DNA of 64,000 nt, taken from NCBI GenBank assembly GCA_002773535.1, contig PFAZ01000009.1, forward strand, positions 34,739 through 98,738, written 5' to 3'. The translations under genes were made by a program, and so were the position numbers. This DNA is from Candidatus Harrisonbacteria bacterium CG10_big_fil_rev_8_21_14_0_10_40_38 (GTDB taxonomy: Bacteria; Patescibacteriota; Minisyncoccia; UBA6257; 1-14-0-10-40-38). This document shows positions 30,140 through 39,215 of the stretch, piece after piece (the first letter of the stretch is position 1; every line of letters begins with the position of its first letter). The notes under the pieces are model-generated. The model made no database searches and had not been told where the DNA came from. It worked only from the letters and a program-made list of their open reading frames with translations.

Positions 30140-30610
30140 ATGAAATTTTTACTGCTATTATTTCTGATTCAGCCGTTAGTTTTTTATACAACTGTTGTTT
30201 TTGCTTCAAATAGTTTGGGTCAAATTTCACAATCAGCAGGAGGTGGAGGGACATTGCCCGGACCAGGAGGATCAGCAGGAGGTGGAGGGACATTGCCCGG
30301 ACCAGGAGGATCAGCAGGAGGTGGAGGGGCATTGCCGCCAAAAGGCGGTTCCGGAGGAGTTCCGACAATAACGCCATCAAAATCACTTGAAGATATTTTA
30401 GATGATCTTACAAGATATGCTACGGGCATTGCTCTTGCGGTTGCTGGACTGACGATAATATATGCAGGGTATTTAATACTTTTTGCGGGAGGTGATCCGG
30501 GAAAGTTTGCGGAAGGGATGAGAGTGATACGTTATACGATAATCGGAATTATTGTGATATTCCTATCTGCGGCAATTGTTGCTATAGTTAAGAGGATAAT
30601 TATTGGATAG
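30140..30610 (+). CDS. TrbC/VirB2-like pilin with Gly/Pro repeat
   Basis: IIYAGYLILFAGGDPGK...IRYTIIG hairpin; SAGGGGTLPGPGG repeats. Confidence 0.75.
   Translation: MKFLLLLFLIQPLVFYTTVVFASNSLGQISQSAGGGGTLPGPGGSAGGGGTLPGPGGSAGGGGALPPKGGSGGVPTITPSKSLEDILDDLTRYATGIALAVAGLTIIYAGYLILFAGGDPGKFAEGMRVIRYTIIGIIVIFLSAAIVAIVKRIIIG
30232..30336 (+). repeat. 39-bp tandem repeat, about 2.7 copies, in the pilin gene
   Basis: ATCAGCAGGAGGTGGAGGGACATTGCCCGGACCAGGAGG starting at 30232, 30271 and 30310 (partial). Confidence 0.9.
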
Positions 30611-30644
30611 AAAGGTCGAGTTTGTTTAGATTTTATTTTGATTT

Positions 30645-30998
30645 ATGGATCGATCTTTAGTTAAAAAGATTTTTGGAGTAGTTGCCGTTTTTGTTCTAGC
30701 AGGCGCTCCCCTTCTTGCGTCTGCCCAAGTTGATTTTCAGGGGCCGGCACCTCAAGCAGATGAGTCACTCATTGGAAAAACTATTGATAGAATATTTAGT
30801 TTTGCGTTTGGAATCCTTTTGGTTGTCGCGGGTCTTATGATTCTATATGCGGCTTTCCTATACCTTCAGGGTGGAGCAAATGAAGCAAACGTAACAAAGG
30901 CAAAAAATTATATTTTGTATGCGGTTATCGCTATAATTGTTGCATTTCTATCGAGAGCGCTTGTTGCTTTCATAAATAGCACAATTCTTGGAAATTAG
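30645..30998 (+). CDS. TrbC/VirB2-like pilin
   Basis: Signal ending ASA; MILYAAFLYLQGGANEANVTKAKNYILYAVIA. Confidence 0.8.
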   Translation: MDRSLVKKIFGVVAVFVLAGAPLLASAQVDFQGPAPQADESLIGKTIDRIFSFAFGILLVVAGLMILYAAFLYLQGGANEANVTKAKNYILYAVIAIIVAFLSRALVAFINSTILGN

Positions 30999-31014
30999 TT
31001 GATTGGTTTTAGTA

Positions 31015-31043
31015 AAAAACCTCTGCTTAGCGCAGAGGTTTTT
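31015..31043. terminator. Bidirectional intrinsic terminator
   Basis: AAAAACCTCTGC-TTA-GCGCAGAGGTTTTT between convergent genes. Confidence 0.75.
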
Positions 31044-31061
31044 GTTTTTAAAAAACCCCGC

Positions 31062-31568
31062 TCAAAGAGCGGGGCCTTGCACGGATTCAGTCATGGTAAT
31101 TTGCCCTTTACCATAACCATCCGTACAGATGAACCTAAACGTGTTTGACGGTAATTTGCCGTCGGGAAATGTTCTGAGTAGAGAATTGAATGAATTTGCG
31201 GCGTTCTCATGAAGAGTGCCGTCCATCCACCACAATTTGAAGTGGTCACTGGGCATTTTCACCATAGGCGTTGCGCCTCTTGGACCCGTGAACGCGACTG
31301 TCGGTTTGTTGAGCGTAGCATCAAATTCGACAGTTTCCCCGATTTTCACATATATGATTTTTGGGGAGTCAGTCCATGGGATTTTCTCTATCACAGGCTT
31401 TCCCTGCGATGGAGAATGAGTTGGAGAGGTTAAAGTTACCCGCGGAGCTACGTCAGTAGACTTGCTATACTTGGAGCCGACAAAAATGATTGCGCCTCCA
31501 AGTATAGCCATACCGATAGCGAATGAGGAGCCGAAGAATGACTTTTTTTCACCGGCGATGTGTGTCAT
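31062..31568 (-). CDS. Hypothetical membrane-anchored protein
   Basis: N-terminal TM; TAATG overlap with the SPFH gene. Confidence 0.7.
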   Translation of the reverse strand: MTHIAGEKKSFFGSSFAIGMAILGGAIIFVGSKYSKSTDVAPRVTLTSPTHSPSQGKPVIEKIPWTDSPKIIYVKIGETVEFDATLNKPTVAFTGPRGATPMVKMPSDHFKLWWMDGTLHENAANSFNSLLRTFPDGKLPSNTFRFICTDGYGKGQITMTESVQGPAL

Positions 31569-32464
31569 TACTCCTTCCCTTTCAAAACTTTGATGATAGC
31601 AGGGATGTCTATACCACTTATGTCGATGTGGCTAGATTTTCTTTTTTCGCTCTCTCCCAGCGATACTTCCGAGGCCACGATCGCCTGCTGTGGAGTGACG
31701 CCCTTGTAGATGTATTCATCTATAAGGCGGAGCTTTGATTGTGCGGCATCTGCCCGAGCTTCGTTTTGCTTTTTTTGCTCTAGGGCTTTTGTTGTTGCCT
31801 CCCCAAAACTGACATCTGCTAGGGCAAATCTGTGAATCTCAATACCAAAAAGGCGTTCTATATCGGAGATTTCACGCTCTGATTTTAAGGGTTCGTCCTC
31901 CATGTTTTTCTTCTTTTTCCCATTTGTTTTTACTTCGAGTGCCTCTCTTACGCCATCTCTATTGTCATTGTAGTATGCCAACCATTCCCCAGGGGCTTTG
32001 TTTATGTGTGGGGGGGTTTCCAAACGAAGAACTGCGTTTATAAGGAGATCTATAGCTTCTCTTTCACGAATGAAATCGCTTCCTCCTTTTTGCCCGGCAA
32101 CAATTCCTAAAATGGATTGGACTGTTTCACCCATTCCTCCTCTAATTGAATCTTCAGACCTTTGAATGAAGGTTTTTAGGAGCCTTCTATCTGGTTGCCA
32201 AAGTATGGAGCCTTTAACCCTTACCTCAAATTGGTCGTGGGCTAGAAATGTTTCATCGATAGGCGTCCTTTCTTGTTTGTATTCAAATAATTGAACTTTT
32301 TCGATAAATGGGATTATGAAGCGGAGTCCTTCTTTGAGAACTCTACCAGTTCTTCTACTGAACCGAAGGACCAATCCATAGTTGACTGTAGGAATGATAA
32401 TGATTGATGGAAATGTAATAGCTATAAGTACTGCAATGATTCCAATAATCATTAGCCAATTCAT
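31568..32464 (-). CDS. SPFH/band-7 domain protein
   Basis: TM, then GLVLRF...VLKEGLRFIIPFIEKV and FGIEI..F.LADV, typical of SPFH domains; SD AGGAG. Confidence 0.78.
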   Translation of the reverse strand: MNWLMIIGIIAVLIAITFPSIIIIPTVNYGLVLRFSRRTGRVLKEGLRFIIPFIEKVQLFEYKQERTPIDETFLAHDQFEVRVKGSILWQPDRRLLKTFIQRSEDSIRGGMGETVQSILGIVAGQKGGSDFIREREAIDLLINAVLRLETPPHINKAPGEWLAYYNDNRDGVREALEVKTNGKKKKNMEDEPLKSEREISDIERLFGIEIHRFALADVSFGEATTKALEQKKQNEARADAAQSKLRLIDEYIYKGVTPQQAIVASEVSLGESEKRKSSHIDISGIDIPAIIKVLKGKE

Positions 32465-32622
32465 GCTACTCTCCTTTTTATTCCTGGTGTTTCTGCTGAT
32501 GAAATTGGGAAGGTTCTACTGATTTATGTTTAGCATATTTTACTTAAAAAGTCAAATAATTGCTATTTATATAAAGTAATAGCCCCGAGGTCTTTTTTGA
32601 CTTCGGGGCCATGAGCCGGAAC

Positions 32623-33741
32623 TCAGCTATTGATTCTATCCTTCACTTCACTCCAGTTTTTGATGATGATTCTTCCGCTTCCGCTTTCTTGTGAAGTTCT
32701 GAGACGAAAGCTGAGTGGCTCACCTATTGCCTTATATTCTTTTGACTCTGTTATCTCTCCAAGTAGATTCGGGACTATGTACCCACGAATTGAAGGATTA
32801 ATTGGAGCGAACCACCAATCGAAAAACCCTGAAATTCCCTCGATGCAAAGTTTTACGTTGCCGCATCCTTGAGGGATTGTGAAATAACGGTCTGTGAACT
32901 CGCTAGTCTCAAAGACAAAGGATGTGACTTCTTGTTTTAAGACACATTCTTCCGCGCCAGATTCCCATTCTTTGCTGTCTAGTCTTGAGAGAATTACTTC
33001 TCTTTCACTAGTGGGCATATCTGAACCGCTGCCGAAATCACTAGCCCCCGATGAACCGGTGGCTCCATCGGCAGATGGATTGGCTGACTCAGGAGGCGTG
33101 GTTGGCTCAGGCGCTTCTTTTTCTTTCGAGATAACGCCTTCTGCCTTTTCGATCAGGGGGTTGGCAATTTTGCTTAACTCGCCTAACGAACCGAAGTTCG
33201 CGATGGCGATGAGAATCACGATGAGAAGAAGTAATCCTGCGAACCACTTGAAGAGATTGAGGCTTCCTGATGATGAAGGCGATCTCTCTCTTGCCTCCAT
33301 GGCGCTTATGATATCGCTCGTCGTTGGAAGTTTGCCAACAAAATTTTTGGCAACTTCCTCGGACATCGCGAGACCCGCATTTGGAATGTGGACGCAGATG
33401 GGCGACGGAGTAATCACCGTCGGCGACTCTGTTACGGGCGGTGACTTTCTTTCATCATTCTTGGAATCTTCTGTATCTGCCATGGGTTGCCCCTCCTCTT
33501 TTTTTTCTTTCTTTTCTTCCGTTTCTTCCGAGCTTGTTGGTTTCGGTGACTCGTCGTTTGTATCTTCCGATATGAGCGGACGAAGTTCGTCGGCAATACC
33601 GGATGACTTGAGAAAGATTTTCGATCCTTCGTCACCAAGCGCTTCTCGGTGTTTTTTAAATCCCGCGAAAACAGCTTTCAGTGACTCATTTAGAGTATTC
33701 GGTCCTGTGGTGAGATCTGGCTTTTCGCCTTCGCTACTCAT
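32623..33741 (-). CDS. Hypothetical single-pass membrane protein with low-complexity linkers
   Basis: Central TM, SD-like AAGGGGGA, own promoter (TTGACT-17-TATCAT) and a downstream hairpin. Confidence 0.72.
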   Translation of the reverse strand: MSSEGEKPDLTTGPNTLNESLKAVFAGFKKHREALGDEGSKIFLKSSGIADELRPLISEDTNDESPKPTSSEETEEKKEKKEEGQPMADTEDSKNDERKSPPVTESPTVITPSPICVHIPNAGLAMSEEVAKNFVGKLPTTSDIISAMEARERSPSSSGSLNLFKWFAGLLLLIVILIAIANFGSLGELSKIANPLIEKAEGVISKEKEAPEPTTPPESANPSADGATGSSGASDFGSGSDMPTSEREVILSRLDSKEWESGAEECVLKQEVTSFVFETSEFTDRYFTIPQGCGNVKLCIEGISGFFDWWFAPINPSIRGYIVPNLLGEITESKEYKAIGEPLSFRLRTSQESGSGRIIIKNWSEVKDRINS

Positions 33742-33939
33742 ATTAAATCCCCCTTTTTTATTGCGATGGGTTTTGTTCTGATTTGGAAAGGAACGTGGAT
33801 ATTATGATACACTTAAATCAGTCAATAGTCAAATCAAAACCTTGAAAACTATTATCGTTGCATGATTTACTTTTATCTATGCCTTCTGGTGGTTTACCAG
33901 TCGGCAGATGATAAGCTATATTTAGGTACGTTTTATATT

Positions 33940-34021
33940 GCCCTCGTGGCGGAACTGGCATACGCGCATGGTTTAGGACCATGTCCCGAAAGGGTTAGAG
34001 GTTCAAATCCTCTCGGGGGCA
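33940..34021 (+). tRNA. tRNA-Leu(TAG)
   Basis: Cloverleaf with long variable arm; anticodon arm CATGG-TTTAGGA-CCATG; GGTTCAAATCC. Confidence 0.95.
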
Positions 34022-34025
34022 CAAT

Positions 34026-34934
34026 CTATTTTTTATCTCTTCGCCTTGCGTGAAACGCGCGGTGGATGTCTTTAAGCTCCTTGTTTGTAAGGTGGGTGTA
34101 CACTTGTGTTGTTGAGATATGACTATGCCCGAGGAGTTCCTGAACCGATCTTAGGTCAGCGCCATTTACAAGAAGATCTGTTGCAAAGAGATGTCTGAAA
34201 CTGTGCGGCGTTACACGTGAGCCAACACCTGCTTTTCTGGCGTATTTTGTTACCAAGCGTTCAACAGAGCGCGGAGAAATTTTTCCCATAACGCTCCCCT
34301 GTTTTGAAATACTAATAAACAGCGCCTCTTCTGTGTCTACTCTTTTTTTTAGATATTCTTTAATTGATTCTTTAGCGCCGTCGGAGAGAAAAACTACGCG
34401 GATTTTACTCCCCTTTCCTCTGACACTTACCTCTCCCCGATCAAGATCGATGTATCTGCCAAGACTGCAGAGCTCGGAAAGTCGAAGACCTGTAGAAAAT
34501 AATGTTTCTAAAATTGCTCTGTCGCGAAGTGAGCGGAGGTTTTTTCCCTCTGGTGAATTTAATATTCTTTCGAGATCTCGGGCATCGAGCATCTCGATTT
34601 CTCTATCCGGTAGTTTGGGAAGCTCAACTTCATCTGGCGCTGCTGGTGTGTGTCCTTTTTTAATCAGGTATCTTAAAAAATTTCTGATGGCGATAGCATA
34701 ATAACTTTGGGTGCTTTTTTTGAGCTCAATCCCTTCTTCTGTTTTTGATCTTGCAAGCTTAAGACGAAAATTTCTGATAGTGTCTACCGTTATATCGCTT
34801 GGCTTAGATATGTTTTCCTCTTTGAAAAATCTTTTAATATATCTATCATAGTTATCCCTAGTGCGAAGGGATCTATTTTTTTCTATCTCAAGATAATCAA
34901 GATATTCTTTTAGAGATTTTTCTGCTTCTGTCAT
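34026..34934 (-). CDS. XerC/XerD-type tyrosine recombinase
   Basis: SAM-like N domain, RDRAILETLFSTGLRLSEL, GKGSK, HSFRHLFATDLL, LGHS..STTQVY. Confidence 0.9.
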   Translation of the reverse strand: MTEAEKSLKEYLDYLEIEKNRSLRTRDNYDRYIKRFFKEENISKPSDITVDTIRNFRLKLARSKTEEGIELKKSTQSYYAIAIRNFLRYLIKKGHTPAAPDEVELPKLPDREIEMLDARDLERILNSPEGKNLRSLRDRAILETLFSTGLRLSELCSLGRYIDLDRGEVSVRGKGSKIRVVFLSDGAKESIKEYLKKRVDTEEALFISISKQGSVMGKISPRSVERLVTKYARKAGVGSRVTPHSFRHLFATDLLVNGADLRSVQELLGHSHISTTQVYTHLTNKELKDIHRAFHARRRDKK

Positions 34935-35093
34935 AGTTGTCTTATATATACATATAAGTATACGACAATGGTGAATCAAATTTTATTTTTGTTGACCCGA
35001 AACTGATAAGCCACGTATAATACCAGTGCGTCAAGTGGTTCTTTGTCACAGACACTTGTGCGCTTTTGTTTACTTATTCCATCACGAAGAATT

Positions 35094-36929
35094 ATGAAAT
35101 TACTATATAAAAATATTTTTTGGTCAATTACCACTCTTTTAATCATAGCTGTGCTTTTTTCTCTTTTACTGGAAGGCGGACAGAGTAAGGACACAATCAC
35201 TTTAAATAAGCTTGCTGAGAGAATAAATCAGGGAGATGTTGAGAGAATCATAGTTACTGGCAATGAGCTTGATGTTGATTTTAAAGATGGAACAAGCGCG
35301 GTTTCACAAAAGGAACCCGGTGTGAGTGTTACGGAACTTTTTGCGAGTTACGGCGTAGATCCAGAAACTCTTAGGTCTTTTTCTTTAGAAATAAAAGATG
35401 AGTCTGGAACACAATTTTGGCTTGGAGTTCTTATACCAACTCTTCTTCCTGTAATTATTATCGTGATTATTTTCTGGATAATATTTAAACAGGCGCGCAC
35501 GGGGTCATCACAAGTTTTCAGTTTTGGGAAATCAAACATAAAACTTTCCTCGCCACATAAAGACAGAGTGACATTCGCAGACGTAGCCGGACTTGAAGAG
35601 GCAAAGCAGGAGTTAGAGGAGGTTGTTGATTTTCTAAAGCATCCGAAAAAATTCCTTGACGTTGGAGCGAAGATCCCACGCGGTGTGCTTCTTATGGGAA
35701 GCCCAGGAACTGGAAAGACTCTTCTTGCCAGAGCTACTGCAGGAGAAAGCGGAGTCCCCTTCTTTCATATTTCCGCTTCAGAATTTGTTGAAATGTTTGT
35801 AGGCGTAGGAGCGTCTAGAACACGCGATGCGTTTGCTACTGCAAAAAAAGCGGCGCCATCAATCTTGTTTATAGACGAAATTGATGCGATTGGACGGGAA
35901 CGCGGTGCTGGACTTGGCGGTGGGCACGATGAGCGCGAACAAACTCTTAATCAGATACTTGTAGAAATGGACGGATTTGATAGAGATACAAAGGTTATCG
36001 TAATGGCGGCAACAAACAGGGCTGATATTCTTGATTCCGCCCTTCTTCGACCGGGACGTTTTGACAGAAGAGTTGTTCTTGATTTACCAGACTTAAAAGA
36101 CCGTGAAGCAATTCTTAAAATTCACGCAAAAGATAAACCGCTTGATGACAAGGTTGAGCTTAAGGTTGCGGCTATTAGAACCCCCGGCTTTTCTGGCGCT
36201 GACCTCGCAAATTTGATTAACGAAGCGGCAATTCTTGCGGCGCGTAATAATAGAAAAACTATTATTCAAAGCGATGTGCTTGAATCTATTGAAAAGGTGC
36301 TTCTTGGTCCAGAAAGACGTGGTCGTGTGATTTCAGATCGCGAAAAAAAGATTACAGCTTATCATGAGGCTGGACACGCACTTGTTACCGCAAGTCTTAA
36401 AGACTCTGATCCGGTACATAAAATATCTATTGTGAGTCGAGGACGAGCCGGTGGATACACGCTTAAGTTGCCGAGTGAAGATATGCATCTTAGAACACGA
36501 TCCCAATTTTTGAGCGATCTTGCAATCATGATGGGTGGATACAGCGCTGAAAAAGAAGTCTTTGGAGATATATCTACAGGAGCTTCAAATGATCTTCGTG
36601 AAGCGTCATCTTTGTCTCGAAGACTCGTTACTAAATATGGTATGAGTGATTTAGGTCCAATCACGTTTGGTAAATCCGAAGAGATGGTTTTCTTAGGAAA
36701 AGAAATTGCTGTTGATAAAGACTATTCAGAGACAATTGCGACAAAGATAGATATCGAAGTTCAGAAGTTTATTAAAATGGCTCACATGGCGGCAGAAAAA
36801 ATCGTATCAACTCACCGCGCTGTTCTTGATGCAGTTGCTAAAGCTCTTCTTGAAAAAGAAACTCTGGAGCAGGAGGAGTTTTATGAAATCATAAAAGGAT
36901 TTGATTTGAAACAAATATCGGTTGCGTAA
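35094..36929 (+). CDS. ftsH: ATP-dependent zinc metalloprotease FtsH
   Basis: Two TMs, [25 protein letters not shown]. Confidence 0.97.
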   Translation: MKLLYKNIFWSITTLLIIAVLFSLLLEGGQSKDTITLNKLAERINQGDVERIIVTGNELDVDFKDGTSAVSQKEPGVSVTELFASYGVDPETLRSFSLEIKDESGTQFWLGVLIPTLLPVIIIVIIFWIIFKQARTGSSQVFSFGKSNIKLSSPHKDRVTFADVAGLEEAKQELEEVVDFLKHPKKFLDVGAKIPRGVLLMGSPGTGKTLLARATAGESGVPFFHISASEFVEMFVGVGASRTRDAFATAKKAAPSILFIDEIDAIGRERGAGLGGGHDEREQTLNQILVEMDGFDRDTKVIVMAATNRADILDSALLRPGRFDRRVVLDLPDLKDREAILKIHAKDKPLDDKVELKVAAIRTPGFSGADLANLINEAAILAARNNRKTIIQSDVLESIEKVLLGPERRGRVISDREKKITAYHEAGHALVTASLKDSDPVHKISIVSRGRAGGYTLKLPSEDMHLRTRSQFLSDLAIMMGGYSAEKEVFGDISTGASNDLREASSLSRRLVTKYGMSDLGPITFGKSEEMVFLGKEIAVDKDYSETIATKIDIEVQKFIKMAHMAAEKIVSTHRAVLDAVAKALLEKETLEQEEFYEIIKGFDLKQISVA

Positions 36930-36935
36930 AATAAT

Positions 36936-36967
36936 AAAAAATGACCCGCTTAGCGGGTCGTTTTTTT
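36936..36967. terminator. Bidirectional terminator after ftsH
   Basis: AAAAAATGACCCGC-TTA-GCGGGTCGTTTTTT. Confidence 0.8.
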
Positions 36968-36990
36968 ATTGTTTAATTTATTTGTTTTTT

Positions 36991-37207
36991 TATTTATTTG
37001 TGAGCCTGCCTGGAATCTCACGCGCTCCGCAATGCGGGGCTTTTAAAACCCCTCGGTTTTAATGTTTCCGCCACGGTAAAACAAGTGTTTTCCCGACCCC
37101 TGCCTGCCGGCAGGCAGGCCTTTCCTGTTCGAATCGCATTCAAATAATTTTTATAAGATAGATCCTGTTAAGTAAAAATATATTTATTTGTGCGCCTGCC
37201 TGGATTC
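36991..37207 (-). repeat. 190-bp element bounded by a duplicated tRNA-Ile 3' end, containing a 20-bp palindrome
   Basis: TATTTATTTGTGAGCCTGCCTGGAATC (36991-37017) versus TATTTATTTGTGCGCCTGCCTGGATTC (37181-37207), 25/27 identical; CCTGCCTGCCGGCAGGCAGG at 37099-37118. Confidence 0.8.
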
Positions 37208-37262
37208 GAACCAGGGGCCAATGCCTTATAAGAGCACTGCTCTGCCACTGAGCTACAGGCGC
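37191..37262 (-). tRNA. tRNA-Ile(TAT)
   Basis: GCGCCTGTAGCTCAGTGGCAGAGCA-GTGCT-CTTATAA-GGCAT-TGGCC-CCTGGTTCGAATCCAGG-CAGGCGC-A; anticodon TAT. Confidence 0.9.
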
Positions 37263-37353
37263 GAATTTTTTTGTATTCTAAGTGTACGACGATATTTAAA
37301 AGCCTTCAAGTTCTTTAAAAAATGTTTTCAAAATTAATATGCCTGTTAGCAAA

Positions 37354-37462
37354 TGTGCATAACTTTGCCTATTGCCGAATGTTGCCGATTTGCCTTATTC
37401 TAGTTAGCTTTTTTGACTATCTGCTTTTTTTATTTTCTCGCTGTTTGCACACTTTATCCACA
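37354..37462. promoter_or_regulatory. DnaA-box-like sites between divergent tRNAs
   Basis: TGTGCATAA (37354-37362, one mismatch) and a perfect TTATCCACA (37454-37462). Confidence 0.45.
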
Positions 37463-37491
37463 GGCAGTATAATCGAGTATATTCATATCTT

Positions 37492-37563
37492 GGGCGCTTA
37501 GCTCAGTGGCAGAGCGACTCGTTTACACCGAGTAGGCCGTGGGTTCGATCCCCTCAGCGCCCA
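37492..37563 (+). tRNA. tRNA-Val(TAC)
   Basis: Cloverleaf; anticodon arm ACTCG-TTTACAC-CGAGT. Confidence 0.95.
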
Positions 37564-37584
37564 CAAAACAATTCTCAAATATTT

Positions 37585-38634
37585 GTGTGAAACATTTTTA
37601 TTTGTTTCACGCTTTTTTGTTACAAAGTGTTTCACGTGAAACACTTTGTAACAAATTTCGAGTGCTTTAAAATATTTTTAACTTATTTTTTTGGTTTGGT
37701 GTTTGACGTGAAACACTTAATAAAATTAATGAGATTGTTATCTGATGTTTCACGTGAAACATATTTCTTTTTTTAGATTAGGTTTACCCATAAATGTTTT
37801 TATTTACTTCTGTGCATCAATGCTTGATGAGCTTATTTAAAAAATATCTACGCGGCATGTTTGACGTGAAACATGTCTCTTTATTGCGCTCTCTGCTATT
37901 AATTTCTTTTTGTGAGTGTTTGACGTGAAACACTTAATAAAATTATTTTTTCCAAATCCCCTATTCTTACTTTTTTAAATTTTAGTCTTTTGGTTTAGCT
38001 TGTGTGTTTGACGTGAAACATGTAAAACTTTTTACGGCTTTATTAACTGCTGACTTTTTTATTTTCCTCCGCTCGATTTTGGAATATCTTTTCTGTTCTA
38101 TGTGTTTCACGTGAAACACTGTTTAATACCTTTTACCTGTCTGAAAAATTTTTTACGCACGATGTTTCACGTGAAACATATTTTTACCTTTGTTATCATA
38201 CTTCACAAGAGGTCAGGTGTTGTAGGTATCTTCGAGCACAGATGCGCGATTAGTCTCTCACCGATGTGCTCGTATTCCTTCATGTTTGGCCTCTCTTTTT
38301 TTAAAACGATTTGTTTCTCACTTTGAATAGAAGTGTTTGGCGTGAAACACTTGGATCGGTTTTTAAGCTGCTCGGTTTCCTGCTTTTTTGTTTTTTATCT
38401 TTTAGTAATTCCTTTTGTACTTTTATGACTTTCACAGATTTATCGATTTTCTAAACCTGGTTTTCAAATTTTGTTTAATACTTTTATTTTTACTTAGATA
38501 CTTTTTTGGGTAGAATTTTTTTTCTTTTAAGAAAATGTTTCACGACAAACATTTATTGATGCTTTATTTGTGTTGAGATGTGAAACATAGTGTGAAACAT
38601 GTGTTTTAGTGTGAAACATTTTAAATGTTTCACA
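37585..38634. repeat. Cluster of about 10 parS palindromes plus half-sites
   Basis: TGTTTCACGTGAAACA at 37628, 37746, 38103, 38163; TGTTTGACGTGAAACA at 37700, 37858, 37917, 38005; degenerate copies at 38334 and 38536; half-sites at both ends. Confidence 0.9.
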
Positions 38635-38663
38635 CTTGTTTCTTGTATGCTTTACTTATTTAC

Positions 38664-39077
38664 ATGGCAACACATAATGAAATCGGCATATTGGGCGAGT
38701 TGATTGCCGAGAAGTATCTTAAATCGATTGGTTGCCGAATTATTAATAAAAATTTTTTAAGAACTTGGGGGGAGATTGATCTTATTGTTTTAGCAAAGGA
38801 TAAAACATTGGTATTTGTAGAGGTAAAGACTATGAGGAAAAATGCTTTTTTAAAACCCGAAGATAATGCGACTTATAGCAAACTCGAAAAAGTAAAGAGA
38901 ACTGCCATGTTTTATGTAGGAGAGAACCAAAAACTTATTAGCGACAAGAGGGGGTGGAGAGTTGATGTTGTTTCAATACTTCTGCCACAAAATTTTTCTA
39001 TCGCATCGGAAGTTAATATGAAAAAATTTGTTAAAAAATTTTCTGATTACAAACTAAATCATTTTGAAAATGTGTAG
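38664..39077 (+). CDS. yraN: YraN family nuclease (UPF0102)
   Basis: G.LGE..A..YL, GEIDLI, LVFVEVK. Confidence 0.88.
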   Translation: MATHNEIGILGELIAEKYLKSIGCRIINKNFLRTWGEIDLIVLAKDKTLVFVEVKTMRKNAFLKPEDNATYSKLEKVKRTAMFYVGENQKLISDKRGWRVDVVSILLPQNFSIASEVNMKKFVKKFSDYKLNHFENV

Positions 39078-39140
39078 AATTGTTTTCCCCATGGGTTTAT
39101 TCTTTTAGATTTTCATGGTATACTCTGTCAAGAAAATTAT

Positions 39141-39213
39141 GCATCCATAGCTCAATTGGCAGAGCAGCTCCCTCTTAAGGAGACGGTTCCAGGTTCGATT
39201 CCTGGTGGATGCA
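39141..39213 (+). tRNA. tRNA-Lys(CTT)
   Basis: Cloverleaf GCATCCA...TGGATGC-A; anticodon loop CTCTTAA. Confidence 0.93.
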
Positions 39214-39215
39214 CA

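Noticed and set aside
32894-33781. 295-aa + strand ORF
   Set aside because: Antisense shadow of 32623-33741, which has the SD, promoter and TM helix.
31062-34934. Integrative island or prophage at tRNA-Leu driven by the tyrosine recombinase
   Set aside because: The recombinase looks like housekeeping Xer; the accessory genes lie 5' of the tRNA; no duplicated tRNA-Leu end or phage genes were seen.
38102-38326. 74-aa ORF with repeated MFHVKH
   Set aside because: It is the translation of parS palindromes.
37585-38634. CRISPR array
   Set aside because: Repeats are 16-bp parS palindromes with irregular 46-202 bp spacing, and there are no cas genes.
39156-39215. N-terminal extension of RecG in the ORF track
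   Set aside because: It overlaps tRNA-Lys; ATG 39216 is the more plausible start.
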